Part shown: in pieces, positions 41,719-53,203 of the stretch | Layout of the letters: every line of letters starts with the position of its first letter | Numbering within the stretch: the first letter of the stretch is position 1 | Assembly (NCBI GenBank): GCA_963575745.1 | Contig: CAUYUJ010000160.1 | Span: forward strand, 62,001-117,428 | Direction of reading: 5' to 3' | DNA: 55,428 nucleotides | Origin: Prorocentrum cordatum | Taxonomy: Eukaryota | Notes under the pieces: model-generated | Seen by the model: the letters and a program-made list of their open reading frames with translations, nothing else | Databases searched by the model: none | What the model was told of the DNA's origin: nothing | Position numbers and translations under genes: made by a program

Positions 41719-44586
41719 CGATCGCACGGCTGTCTGTCGGTTTTGGGGGCTCCGATGTCGGCGCCTAGCAGGGCCATCTGTGCTGCCGATGCCGCTGTTC
41801 TCGTGGACGCGGCGGTGCGGGCGGCGCAGAGTGCTGCACAAGATGAAGAGCGACGCGTCTGCTGCTTGCGCCCATGTAGCATGCCAATCTCCAAACAACT
41901 TTCTCGCGTGCTTGCCTGCTTCGTAATGCGACACGCCGTACTTGCCGCTGTGGAATCGCCGGGTTCAGGTAATCGGCACGTTTCCGCCTAGCCTGGCATC
42001 TCTTGCAATCGTTCGCCCGTGACTTGTGCCAATACCGTCGTCACGCGCGTGGGTGGGAGTAAAGCGTCCATGGCTTGTCGTTCAATTCATACGGCCTGGT
42101 GCTCTTCTGCGAGACCTTCTTCGCCCACGTCTTCCGTAAGCATGAGCTGTTGTGCTCCACCAGTTTCGCGTGCTTCTCTCGACCCCGTTGCCTGTGCGTC
42201 GGGCCTTTTTCTATGTGTACCCTCTTTTTGCGGGACCCTGCGAGAGGAGCTGCTCGCACTGGGCCCAGCACACGCCGGTCGGAAGAAGGGGACCGAAACA
42301 TGAAGCAGAAAGGCGCTGGAAGTGCACTGGGCCTTCGCCCGCCCCCTGAAGGGGAAGGAGAAGGAACGCACACTGGATGACTGTGAAGCGGGGAGGCGCC
42401 CCAGGCAGAGTGGGGCCCGGGAGTCCAGCAACGCCTACGTTCAACGACCGACGGGTGCTTGTGGAAGAGCAGGGTGCCTCGGGATCTGGACGTGAGTGCC
42501 CGCGCGCGGTCGCCGCGGCCCTTTGGCGACGGCCTCCACGGCCCTCGGCAGCGGTCTGAGTCAGGACGGGCACAGCACACAGTCCAATAACTCGGCCTCG
42601 GCCACTGGAGCGCGTCGCTGCCACGACCTCTGGGGCCACAGGTTGAACATCTAACCTTAGGGCCTCCTCCTCCTCCTCCTCCTCCTCCTCCTCCTCCTCG
42701 GCCCATGGGAGACTCACGTGCTCCTCTGGGGTGGTGACGCTCCAGATCCCCACCGCCGCCCACGGTGTAGAGGTGCTCTTGACCAACTGGGCCAACTTCT
42801 TCACCTTGTGCACACTGGCCCCCACGAGACCCGGGCCGCTGCCCAGGTAGACGACGGGGAGAATGTTGAGCAGACCTCATTTGAGGTCCCAGTGAGCCAC
42901 CTGTATGTCTTCCAGCTCCATCGCGAGCGTGCCGTGGCCTTTCACGGTCGGGGGGCGAACTCTCGCCCGAAGGTGTGAGACCCGCAGCCAACATGGCCCC
43001 CCCCGTGAACACTTTTAGCCGATCGTCCTGTCCGCCCTGATGCTTTGTACGTGCGTTGTGGGACACGCCCTTGCGGCCGAAGCCTCTGTGCCCGCTCGCT
43101 GGCCATCGCCTTGTGTAAGATGGTGCTCGACCAAGCCCACTATGTCGCATCCGAACGTACGAACGAACGCCAGATCCGTGCGCACGTCGCGTGGGCGCCC
43201 GCACGCGCCCGTTTGGGCGTGGCGGTGGAGGCCGTAGCCTCGATGCGGAAAAAAACATCTGGTGTGTCTGAGGAACATACAATGCGAGATACATGAAAAA
43301 GGTAGGAAAGGAGAGAGGAGGGGGGAGAGATCCCTGGAGTCGGTGTCGGCGCGGAGCTCGGTATGCTTGTGTGTGTGTCTGTGTGGGAGGGTGATGGGGG
43401 AGGGGAGAAGTGAGGGCAAAATCCTTGAGGTCGATGTCGGCGTGATGCTCGTTCACGTGTTGATGTTGTGGGCGGACATGTTGTAGTGAGTGTCGTTCGC
43501 CAGGAAAGTTTGCAAGTTTCCCCTTGTTGCCCGCCGTCGTCTTGATTTCTTGCGGTACAATGACCTCACGCCCTGGGTCGCTAAACTGAATGTGTTCCCT
43601 ACCTCCTTTCTTGACCGTCACCGCTGGCGCTGGCGACGGAACGGATCCCTCCTTCTGGATCTGTCTGGCGCGCTCTGTCGCTGATGCGCCTGATGAAATC
43701 GTATGCTGGTCTTGGGACTGTAGCTTCAGGTCCTGCCGCAAGTTGCCAGGGTGGCACCGCACCTCCGCTCGCGGCCCTTCTCTTTTTAGCCGAGGCCTGC
43801 TGTCTGAGGCTATTGATTTTCTCTGCTGCCCCTTCGCGCTTCGATGCTGTTTCACATGCGGCGTCCAGCGTGTACTTCGCCCGAAGAGCCACCTGCCGAG
43901 CCTGTTGATGGCAGTACTCCTGGGTCGGGTCTGGCAGGCCGAACTCCACTGGACCCAGCTTTGGGAAGTCTTCCTCTGGAGGAGGGGGGTTCTCTGGTGC
44001 TGCGCCTCCTGCTCCTGGCTGCTTCGCACCTGTTGCCGTCGCCCACCTATCAACATCGCGCTATGCCTGTTACTGTGCCCCCCTCGTTGTCGGCCGGCCC
44101 ATCCAGGATGCTCCCCTCTGCCCTTTGCCCTTTGCGTTGCGCTGGAAACGCTTCCGAACTTTCTGCTGGCTGAAGCAGTCGTAAATCTTGAGCTGCAGAC
44201 TCCACGACTTCACATGGTGTCGGCTGTTCGTGCTGGCGGGGGAGCTGGCCGACCAAAGCTGGGCACGCACGTGCCAGTTGCTCGATTTTCTCTGCGTCGC
44301 CCTCCTCCGTGGCCTGCTCGTCCTGGCCCACCAAGATTGCAAGATTGCCACCAGCGCCTGGGACTGCTTGTCGCCTGGTGGGACTGGCGCGTGTGTGTGT
44401 GCGTGTGTGAGTGCGTCTGTATGCCCGACTTGGTGAGCCCACAAACCTGCTCCATGCGAAATCGCACATCTCGCAGATCTTGCAGCTCCTCTGGTGGATG
44501 CGACCCCGATCGGTCCAGCCAGCACCGTCAGGACAATTAGGGTTGCATTCTACACTTCGGAGCACACTGGACTTCTGGGAAAACAA
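41719..44586 (-). mobile_element. Degraded non-LTR element related to the 46.9-53.2 kb element: ORF1 + endonuclease + linker, no RT
   Basis: Collinear peptide matches to the intact copy: EQLARACPAL/DLSERACPQL, RKRFQRNA/RRRLQRNA, DIVGLVEHHL/DLVGLVEHHL, KVKKLAQLVKSTSTPW/KMKQLTQLTASISTPW, VHIEKGPTHRQRGREKHAKL/VHVEKGTKRKQRGREQHAKL, WAQAADASLFILC/WAQAADHTLAILC. Confidence 0.9.
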
Positions 44587-44766
44587 CTACTTGGCCGAAG
44601 AAGAATGCAAATATGAATGCGGGAAAGGATGCGTTTTTTTCCGGGCGGCGTCCTCTGGGAGGCGTAAAGAATGCACGAATAATGCGGCGGCCTACTTTTT
44701 GCATGACAAGACTGCGGCGGGATTATTGTTGCATACTTTGTTGGGCCAGGCCAGCGCGCGAACATG

Positions 44767-46215
44767 ATTCCCAACCATCCTGTGGTGTTGGGTCCTCGTT
44801 TTGAAGAGACAGCGCCCCGCGTTCACTCCTCCTCCCGCTGCCCCCTCCCTCCTGCCATCATCATCATCATCACCACCATCATCATCATCGCCATCATCAC
44901 CCGTCACACGCTTCGCGGCCCCATAGGCATCTCCACCGAAGGCCTCAGTGCCACCGCCCGCATGCGTCAGCCACACCCACTTCGGCACACCCCTCACACG
45001 TTTCGTGGCCCCATATGGGAGCTCCAGCGAAGGCCCCAGTGGCTGCGCTCCCATGCGCCCACCGCACCCATTTCGGCACACCCATCACACGTTTCGTGGC
45101 CCCATAGGGAGCTCCAGCGAAGGCCCCAGTGGCTGCGCTCCCATGCGCCCCACCGACCATTGGAGGAGGACCCTCACACGCTTTCGTGGGCCCATGGCCA
45201 TGGAGGGAGCTCCAGCGAATGTGACACCCCAGTGGTTGCGCCTTCCCACAATGTGCGCCCACCGCACAGAGATTCGGCACACCGCCTCTACAACGCTTCG
45301 TGGCCCCCATAGGGACTTTACAGCGAAGGGCCCAGTGGCTATAGCTTACCCGTTGCGCCCCCACCGCACATGATTTGCACACCCCTCAACGCTTCGTGGC
45401 CCCATAGGGTAGACTCTAGCGAAGGCTCCAGTTGGCTGCCTCCATGCGCCCACCGCACCCATTTCGGCACACCCCTCATACGTTTCGTGGCCCCCTAGGG
45501 TAGTGCTCAGCGAAGGCCCCAGTGGCTGCCGCTATTCCAGCGCCACCTGCACCATTTCGGCACACCATCACACGTTTCGTTTTTTTCTTTGTCCCTTACT
45601 GGAAGAGTTGTAGTGTTCAAAGCGAGAGGCCCCTCTGGCGCTGCGTTCCCATGGCGCCCATCCGCTAGACCCCATTTCGGCACACCACCTCAACGTTTTG
45701 TGGCCCCATGAGGGAGCTCCAGCGAACGGCCTCCAGACGTGTGCGCTCCCATGCGCCCACCGGCACCCAATTTCGGCACACCCATCAACAGCTTTGTGGT
45801 CCATGGGGAGTTCCAGCAGAAGGCTCAGGCCCATGTGGCTGGTCGCTACATTGCGCCACGCACGCATTTTCGACGCACACCCCTGCACACTGTTTCGTGG
45901 CCCCATTATGTGGGAGACGCCAGCGATGGCCCCATGTGGTCTGCGCATACACATGCGCCCACCGAACAGGTTTTCGGGGCACAACCCTCACACGCTTCTG
46001 TGGTCCCCGAGTAGGGCACCCACCCGAATGGCTATACCCAGTGGCTGCGTTCGCATGGCGGCGCCGCACATTTTCCGTGCCCCCCCCAATACAGACCCTC
46101 ACTCGTTTGTGGCCTCGGACGTGCTCACACGCATGGCCCCAGTGCTACCGCCCTCATGCGTCCCGTACGCCCAGGACAGCGTTTCGTGGCACGCCTTTCG
46201 TGGCCCCATAAGGAG
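44767..46215 (-). mobile_element. Non-autonomous element with ~90 bp internal tandem array (cacacgtttcgtggcccc...) and terminal hairpin
   Basis: Array units at about 44906, 44995, 45086, 45175, 45291, 45387, 45477, 45569 and onward, degrading rightwards; hairpin cccaac...gttggg at 44770-44792. Confidence 0.65.
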
Positions 46216-46917
46216 CCCCACCGAAAGCGGCACACACAAAGCGTTATTCACAATTGCATATGGTTGGGTCCTTCGCCAGGATAAATTTTGCTTTGTTGGG
46301 CGCATCCTCTGGGCGTATTTTTGCTCGAGCAAACACGAGACATATAAGATGTAAATACATGTCGCTTTGAGTGCAACAATGATGCCGCTATAATGCGTTG
46401 GAAATTGCGCAAACAAAAGACATGCAACGCAAAGTGCGGTTATATCGATTGGAATGCAGGCGCACTGACAGAATCAGATTGTAGGCGCGCGTGGCCAACC
46501 CCGAGCAAACGGCTGGCCATGTTTTGACTGCAATCCACGCGGAAACTACGCGCGACACGCCACAGGAACAGCGCACGATACGACAACCGCACACGCGAAT
46601 CCACACGGGCACCCCTTCGACTGTCGAGCACAAGCCTCGAGGAAGGGGCGACAATCGGACACCGCACTTCACCAGCCACTCCTGGCAGTGTGTCTCTCCG
46701 CCGGCGCGCTGCTCGGGCCCAAGTGGGCCCCGCGGCTGCGGCCCCCGCTGGGCGGGGTGACGTGGCCACGGGGGGCGCGCGCGCGCGGCCGGGGGGGTGG
46801 AGGGGTGCGCGGGGGTGCTAGAGAGGAGGAGGCGGCGGAGGAGGAGGACGATTACAGGACGGTTACTAACCAGACAGCAAATCCCGCCGATATGCTGCTG
46901 GCGCTTCAGGGGTTATC

Positions 46918-49900
46918 TTAACCCTTGCGGCGCACTTCACGCTTTGGGCGCCTGGGGGCATTGGGGGTGCCATCGGGCCACGCGGCCTTCCCCCTCGAAG
47001 AGGGGACCTCCCAACGCCGAATTTGATTCAAGGCCTCTTGGCCAGCAGGGGTGGGGTGCCCTTTACACAGGCCGACGAGGCCCGCCCCCAGTCTACCTCC
47101 CGTGGGGGTCTTCGAGCCAAGGCACCCACACCTCCAACAAAAAATCGGGCCATACAGAATAGCTGCATTGTGTGACTCATGCACCTCCCTGTCCCCTATA
47201 CTGTAACGAGAGGGGAGGCGCACAGGTAAACCTTGAGACTCTACTCTATGGTACTGGGGTCCTGGGCACTTGCCACCGCGAAGCCAGTCCAAAATAGAAA
47301 ACTTCCCAGGGCCACTCTGGCAGTGGCTACACACCCAGGAGGGGCCAACCTTGGAGACCTGGTGCCCAGAAGACGCTTCAAGAGCCTTCCTTACGCGCCA
47401 GGCAGCGGGCGGCACACGGCAGTCCTTACGCGGGCGGCTCTTGCGCTCGAAATCGGCACTAGCGGACGCCGCGTTGACTATAGCCAGCCTCCTCTGGACC
47501 AACCGCACTTTAAACTCAGCACGGGCTAAATCTCTGACCTCTGGGTCTATTTCAGCTGAAACCTGTTCAACTCCTAGTTGGGCGAATTTGTCGGCAAGGT
47601 CATTGCCTCGGGAGACAGAGGGGGTCTGGACCAGGGAGGCTAGCGAAACTCTATCTAGGTGCGAATTACACTTACTGAGCATCACTCGTCGGCCTTGAGC
47701 TTCGGAGAAGACCCTCTTCCACCAGCCTCTGAGTTCTCCCGAGGTGTCCGAGGAGCCGTGCCAGCCGTCGCACACGATCTGGCTGTCCGTGTAGAGCCAA
47801 ATTGGCCGGGCCGCCAACTCCGCACACGGGACCGTCTGGGCTCCGTCAAGGCCCCCGCAAGCTCCTGGCCGAGGGGTGTCGGGGTCGTCATTTTCCACGC
47901 AGGCAGCGGACTGGGCAAAGTAGACGCCCCAGCCTGCGCGCGCAAGGCGCGCGTCGCTGCTCGAGGCCGAGCCGTCCAGGAAGGCCAGCTTGCACTCGAT
48001 GCGGTCCTCGAAGTTCACCGTGCCCTCGAACGCGACGGTCGGCCCGTCCCAATCGATGTAGTACGGCAGGCAAGGCGTGCCCCACGAAGGCGGAGGCGGT
48101 ACGGAGTTCCACGTGGATGGTAGTAGCCCTCTTAGCCACAACTCCAGGTTGGTCCCGTTAGTAATGTCTCGGACTGCTTCGTCACATAGTTTGGCGCTCT
48201 GACGGATCCAATGGTGGTCCTGACCGCATGTATGAGGGCAGCTCCAGACGCGGTGGGCCATCGTCTCTTTCTGGCCTGTCGCACACCTGGTACAGACCCC
48301 ATCACACTCGTAGCCTTCAGCACGGCAACGATCTTCGGTCCAAATGGTATTGCAAATGACTGCTTCTAGCGCACCAGCTTCACGATGTGACTCTGTACGT
48401 CTCATTCTCTGTAGGGTTCTGCTTGCTGTCGTGAGGTCTGGCGTAGAACTCCAGCCTCCTCCGTGGCGATCTCTGGCCGCCTGCTGCCACAGCTCTTTGA
48501 TGACGTCTGCCGTGATGGTCGCCATGAGTTGGGTGGTGTCTTCATCTCCGAGAGTGCCGTCTGGATGCTGAACGTCTGAAGGTGGCCACCCACCGCTTGC
48601 CTGCATCTTGTGCTGGTGTGGTTGTTGGGCCATCGTCCATTCATTTTCCTGCGCATCCGCCCACGTGTCTGGCTCAGGTAGCTGCCATCCTAGTTCCGAA
48701 AGTCCCTGGGTGAGAGCCGCCATCGGCCCTGTCACCACGTTCCAACGTCCTCTGGGTCGTGCCCGCTGGAGTCGCTGTACTGCAGCATGCCAACCTCCTC
48801 GTAGTTTGTCATGGTATTCTGGCCACCGCTTCCAAAGCTTAATCCATTATGCTACTTGGCGGCGGAGCCCAACAGCTTTTGGGTCCCTCTCGAAGTAGTG
48901 CAGCAACATCACCATGGATGTACTCCTGCCGCCTGTCGTGTACCCAAGCATGTCTGCTGCTTCGGCTCTTGCTCGTCGTACCGCTGTTGGAGACTGGCCC
49001 ACAGCAGGGACGTCGTATGATGACTTAGCACGGACGTTGACTAAATTGAGCGCGGCCAGCTTCCGTCTACGCTTGCCTGCCCCTTTGAAGACCCTGGCTC
49101 GGCGTATTCGTGCTCTGGCCGCTTTGCGTCTCTCCGTAGCCGTCGTGGTGCGCCTCTTGCGTCCCCTCGCCATGTCGATGCCGAGGTCTCGTACGTACGA
49201 TGCTCCTTTGACTGTTGCTCCTAGCTGCCGAACTGCTTGCGAAACTGTTTTTTTTTGTTTTTAATACTTGGGTGGGATGCCATGACTGCCGACTTGTCCG
49301 ACATCTCCAACTTGCTCTCAATGCATCATTTGACCAACTCGACCGCAACAGTTGTCAACTCATGCTTGACCTGCTTGTACGAGCCGTCAGACCTCGCCGT
49401 GGCATCATCCACGTACTGTCTGGGAAGCGCACGGGGCACCTGATTGTGAGCTCGTTCCAAAACTTCGTATAAGAATGCCCTCGCACCATTATTTGCGTTG
49501 TTGCACCCTGGTACGATACTGCTCCCAGGGACTATCGGTGGAGCGAAAGCACCTCCTGCTCTGATCGCTCGCGGAGCGAGGTATACCAGACAATTGAGGT
49601 AGAGCTCCACGGGGGGGAAATCAAGCTTCAACGCGCGATCTATCAAAATCGGGATGCTGGTCGAATCGTAAAACTTCTTGATGTCTAAATAGATAGAGCC
49701 CCACGCATGCGTCCCATCCCAGGCACTGCTTTCGTCCATGGCCACGCTGAAGAGAGCTGCCTGGAGGGCTGACGACTGGGCCACTGCTGCATCCCAAAAT
49801 GCTGCCTTCTTGCTGCTCCACTCTGCCATAGTTGGTTGTCGGATCCGCCCCCAAATTCGTATTGGTAAAGGTATCAAGCCGATCAGCCTCTCGTCTCCTG

Positions 49901-52106
49901 CTTTTAAGTTGGATCCCTTGCGTAGAAGTGCGTGCCAAATGTGTAACCATTGGTGCGGCAATGAAAGGCTTTGCTCACATCTGGTGAGCAAGTCGGCCAA
50001 CTCCTCTTTGGCCTGGGGTGCCAACGCCTTCAGATGCTGCACTTTCCACATGTCCGATCCTTGGCCTGAGGAGTTGGGCGTCGTCCTGAGAGCTGCTTCC
50101 AATTGGTCCAAGGTGATGGGTTCACGCTCAGGAAAGTCTGCTTCAGCCCTTGAGCGCAGCCTCTCCATCTGTGCCTTGGTCTCGTTGTACTCGTCGTGCT
50201 TGGTCCATATTGCTTTCCATTGTCTGGCTCTCGTCTCCACCGCACTTTGTAAGCTGGCAATAACTCCACTGCTGTCGGGGTCGATGCATAGCTCAGGGGG
50301 CGAGAGGGATTCGGGCCGCTTGAGATATCCATGAGCTTCCTTCATGTTGCCTTCCATGGCCTTCCTTGCCCAACGGTGGATGCTCTGTTTCGCTTTCTGC
50401 CAGGCTCGCTTGCCGTGTCGCTCTGCACGCTGCGCCGCTTGAAGTACGGCTTCACTCCACAACTGATGGTCTGCGTCCAGCCCTGTCTTGCGAATAATAT
50501 CCAAGGCCCAAGAGTCTTCTTTCTCATCTTGGCGTGCACAGTTGAGGCTGGACGGTGGCAGTGGTGGGTACTCCAATGATTCTATGTGCGTCAATTGGGA
50601 TCGTACCATTCCTCGCAGTTGCTGCTGTCGAGTAGAGTTCTTTGATACTGCCAACTGCCGTAAGAGAGATCCCATTTCCACCCAGCGGTCATGTCTGGCT
50701 TGTTCTGGTTCCTGCGTGCGTTGCTCTCGCCGCGGGGCTACTGGGACCAGGCGGTACTTCACTGGCCGTCCTCGAACCGTTTTAACTTGGTCTTCTCTGT
50801 TGCATAGGATGGCCAGGGTATGGTCTGCTGCTTGTGCCCATCTAGTGTACTGCTCGCCCAACTGCACGCTGTTCACTTCTGTTAATTGAAAAGCCAAGCT
50901 GTCCACCGTTGTTATGTCTGGGCTGAATACTTCACAATGTTCTGTCTGCCTTCGAATATCTTGCCATACATCGTCCGAGACCGTAGCCAATACCTCTCTG
51001 GAGTACGTCGGTTCAAGGAGCTTGTCGATGTCTGCTCGTTCTTGTTGGAGAGCTTGTTGTTCTTCCGACAAGTCTGTGTCATAGATTATGCCATCCAACT
51101 CTGGCATGTGCTCCGTAAGCTTAGCATGCTGCTCTCGGCCTCGTTGCTTCCTCTTGGTGCCCTTCTCGACATGCACCGTGATGTATGGCACTTTGTGCTG
51201 CTCTGCCCTAACAGGAGACAAGATCTGCAACTTGGCTGGCTTCCTGGCGATACGGATGTGCAATCCGACGCGCGGTCTCCACGGAACCTTCGTTACCGCC
51301 ATGACCCCACCCAAGAAAGGCCTGACTGCTTGTGGGCAGATCACATAATCTAACATGCGGCCTTTGCCACTCGTACACGTCGCATCGATGTTCGGGCAAA
51401 CTGGGGTGACTTTGAGCTTCTTCGCCCACGTGGACTGCATGAACTCCTCTGGGGTAACGTTCCAACCACCCGCTGCCATCCACGGTGTAGAGATACTAGC
51501 CGTCAACTGCGTCAGCTGCTTCATCTTCGCTGCATTGGGCCCTGCCAGGCCTGGTCCACTGTCGAGGTACACCACGAAGAGTGTGATACGTATTCCTCCC
51601 CTCAAATCCCAGTGCACCACCGCAATGTCACTCAACTCCTTCTCAAAGGCGCTGCTCCCCTTGACGGTGGGTAGGTGCACTGCAGTCTGGAGGTGCGAGC
51701 GACGTAACCAACATACTCCCCCATGAGTACCGTTTACTGATCGCCCCGTCTTCCTTGCTGCTGTCCAAGTGTACTGTGAATGCCGGCCGTCTGGTTGAAG
51801 CCGCTGGGCCTCGCTGGCTGCGCTCGTCCTCTGAAGGTGGTGTTCCACTAAGCCCACCAGATCATATTTCGAACCCAATATGAAATCACGAACTGACGCA
51901 TTGTACTGTGAGATATTCGCCACGAATACATGTGAGTACTGCTGGTCATCGTACACAAACGGGTCCTGCTCGTCACTGATGGGGTCCTGGAAAGTGACTC
52001 TGCGCCGAGTGCTAGGAACACGTCTTGGACTCCGTCTTTGCCGCCGCAACCGTTTTGCTCCTCTCACGAATGCGTACTGTGGTCTCCAGGTACCTGTCCA
52101 CCTCAT
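46918..52106 (-). pseudogene. ORF2 polyprotein (~1730 codons) with 2 in-frame stops and 1 frameshift
   Basis: APE: VANIS, LVEHH, VYL, GGWN, LDYV. RT: ERLIGL, LDIKKFYD, GSSIVPGC, YVDD, RDLG. Zn finger CTRC..HRVWSC. RNase H: LDGS, AGWGV, AELAA, YTDS, GNDLADK. TGA at 49326-49328, frameshift in the A-run at about 49247-49262, TAA at 48847-48849; the reading continues in frame past both stops. Start codon uncertain. Confidence 0.9.
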
Positions 52107-53016
52107 CAGGGTTCGTGAAGTCGTACGGCTTGGTCTGTTCTGCGGTTGGCTCCGCTTGGACTTCATCTTTGGCCTGTGTGCCCCCAACTGATGGTTTCCC
52201 TCCATTGCCACGGCGCTTCTTGCATTCTTGAGCTTTGTCTGCGAACTTGCGGAGGTTCTCGGCGGCCTCCTTGCGGGCCTGTGTGGCTCCCTTCGCTGCT
52301 TCCAATGTCTTCTGCGCTGCCAAGGCCGCTTCCTTGGCTGCCTCGTATTCTTTCGTTTCTGCTTCTCCCAAGAATGCCAGTTCTTCACTGCTGAGCTCTG
52401 GAGCAACTGCATCATCAGGGACAGTCGCTGCTGAAGGTGGTTGTCCTCTGTTCGCCTTCTCACGACACAAATCCACTCGTTGCTGAGCTTCTTTCTCTGC
52501 GATTTTGTTGTCCGCCAGCTTCTCCAGGATGTCTTTTTGTTCTTCTGCATTGCGTTGGAGTCGCCTGCGTAGCCTTTCACCCGCCGTCGTGACCATTCGG
52601 AGCGCCTGGGCTGCCATTTCCAACTCCTCGTACGGCTTGGGCGCCGGTGGCGGTACTGGCTCGGGAACTCGTAACTGAGGGCACGCTCGCTCCGACAGAT
52701 CCATCTGCTCTTTGTTGTTGCCGTCCTTGGCCGCTTTGTACTGATCTGCGAGGAGGGCGACCAGAGCCAGGGTCTGTGGATCTGGCGGTGCTGTCTCCGT
52801 CGATAAGCTTGACCAGACGGTTCCACACTTAGCAAACTGGGCCTTGTCAGCGATGCGGTCACAATAAATCCAGCTGCTGCCAACAGGAGAACATGTGCTG
52901 CACACCACAAAAGGCCTCCTCTTCCCGCCCTGGTACTCCTTCTTCGAACGTGAGTGCGATCGGGCTCTGCTAGCCGTTCGACCTCCTTCTTTCCAGGGCG
53001 GGCGCGTTCCTCCCAT
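52012..53016 (-). CDS. Retrotransposon ORF1 protein (Cys-rich N-terminus, long Ala/Glu/Lys helical region)
   Basis: Intact frame (open from 53190, first ATG at 53016); CSTC...WIYCDR...KCG motif; homologous to the remnant at 44050-44586. Confidence 0.8.
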   Translation of the reverse strand: MGGTRPPWKEGGRTASRARSHSRSKKEYQGGKRRPFVVCSTCSPVGSSWIYCDRIADKAQFAKCGTVWSSLSTETAPPDPQTLALVALLADQYKAAKDGNNKEQMDLSERACPQLRVPEPVPPPAPKPYEELEMAAQALRMVTTAGERLRRRLQRNAEEQKDILEKLADNKIAEKEAQQRVDLCREKANRGQPPSAATVPDDAVAPELSSEELAFLGEAETKEYEAAKEAALAAQKTLEAAKGATQARKEAAENLRKFADKAQECKKRRGNGGKPSVGGTQAKDEVQAEPTAEQTKPYDFTNPDEVDRYLETTVRIRERSKTVAAAKTESKTCS

Positions 53017-53203
53017 GTATGTCTCGTAGGTGTCGTCGTTCTGCTGCGACTTCTGCCACACCTTGCAGGTGTGCCCCTCAAGCCGCGAGCGCGCCTCGCC
53101 ACCTGCCGCAGGGCTCTGGGGGCGGACGCGCGGCGCGCGCGCAACAGTGGGCCCGTTGGATTTGCTCCCCTGCAAACCTCTCGGGCCCAAATGCTTGAGC
53201 GGC

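Larger units (their letters stand above)
46850..53200 (-). mobile_element. Near full-length non-LTR retrotransposon (ORF1 + APE-RT-ZnF-RNase H); clade not assignable by eye
   Basis: Two-ORF structure, all domain motifs in order, (GGA)n tracts on both flanks. Confidence 0.93.

Noticed and set aside
42041..44056. 671-aa ORF as an intact gene
   Set aside because: It wanders across frames of the degraded LINE; homology appears only in short pieces spread over several frames.
48847..49328. Stop-codon recoding in ORF2
   Set aside because: Two different stops plus a frameshift and catalytic substitutions are better explained by decay.
50980..50989. ACCGTAGCCA, the 5' half of DinoSL
   Set aside because: Only 10 nt, inside intact ORF2 coding sequence, and the 3' half is missing; likely chance. 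The same applies to attttggct at about 3431 and 3519.
46918..53190. Retrotransposon-borne DNA methyltransferase, as reported in Symbiodiniaceae
   Set aside because: No PCQ or ENV methyltransferase motifs were seen in either ORF.
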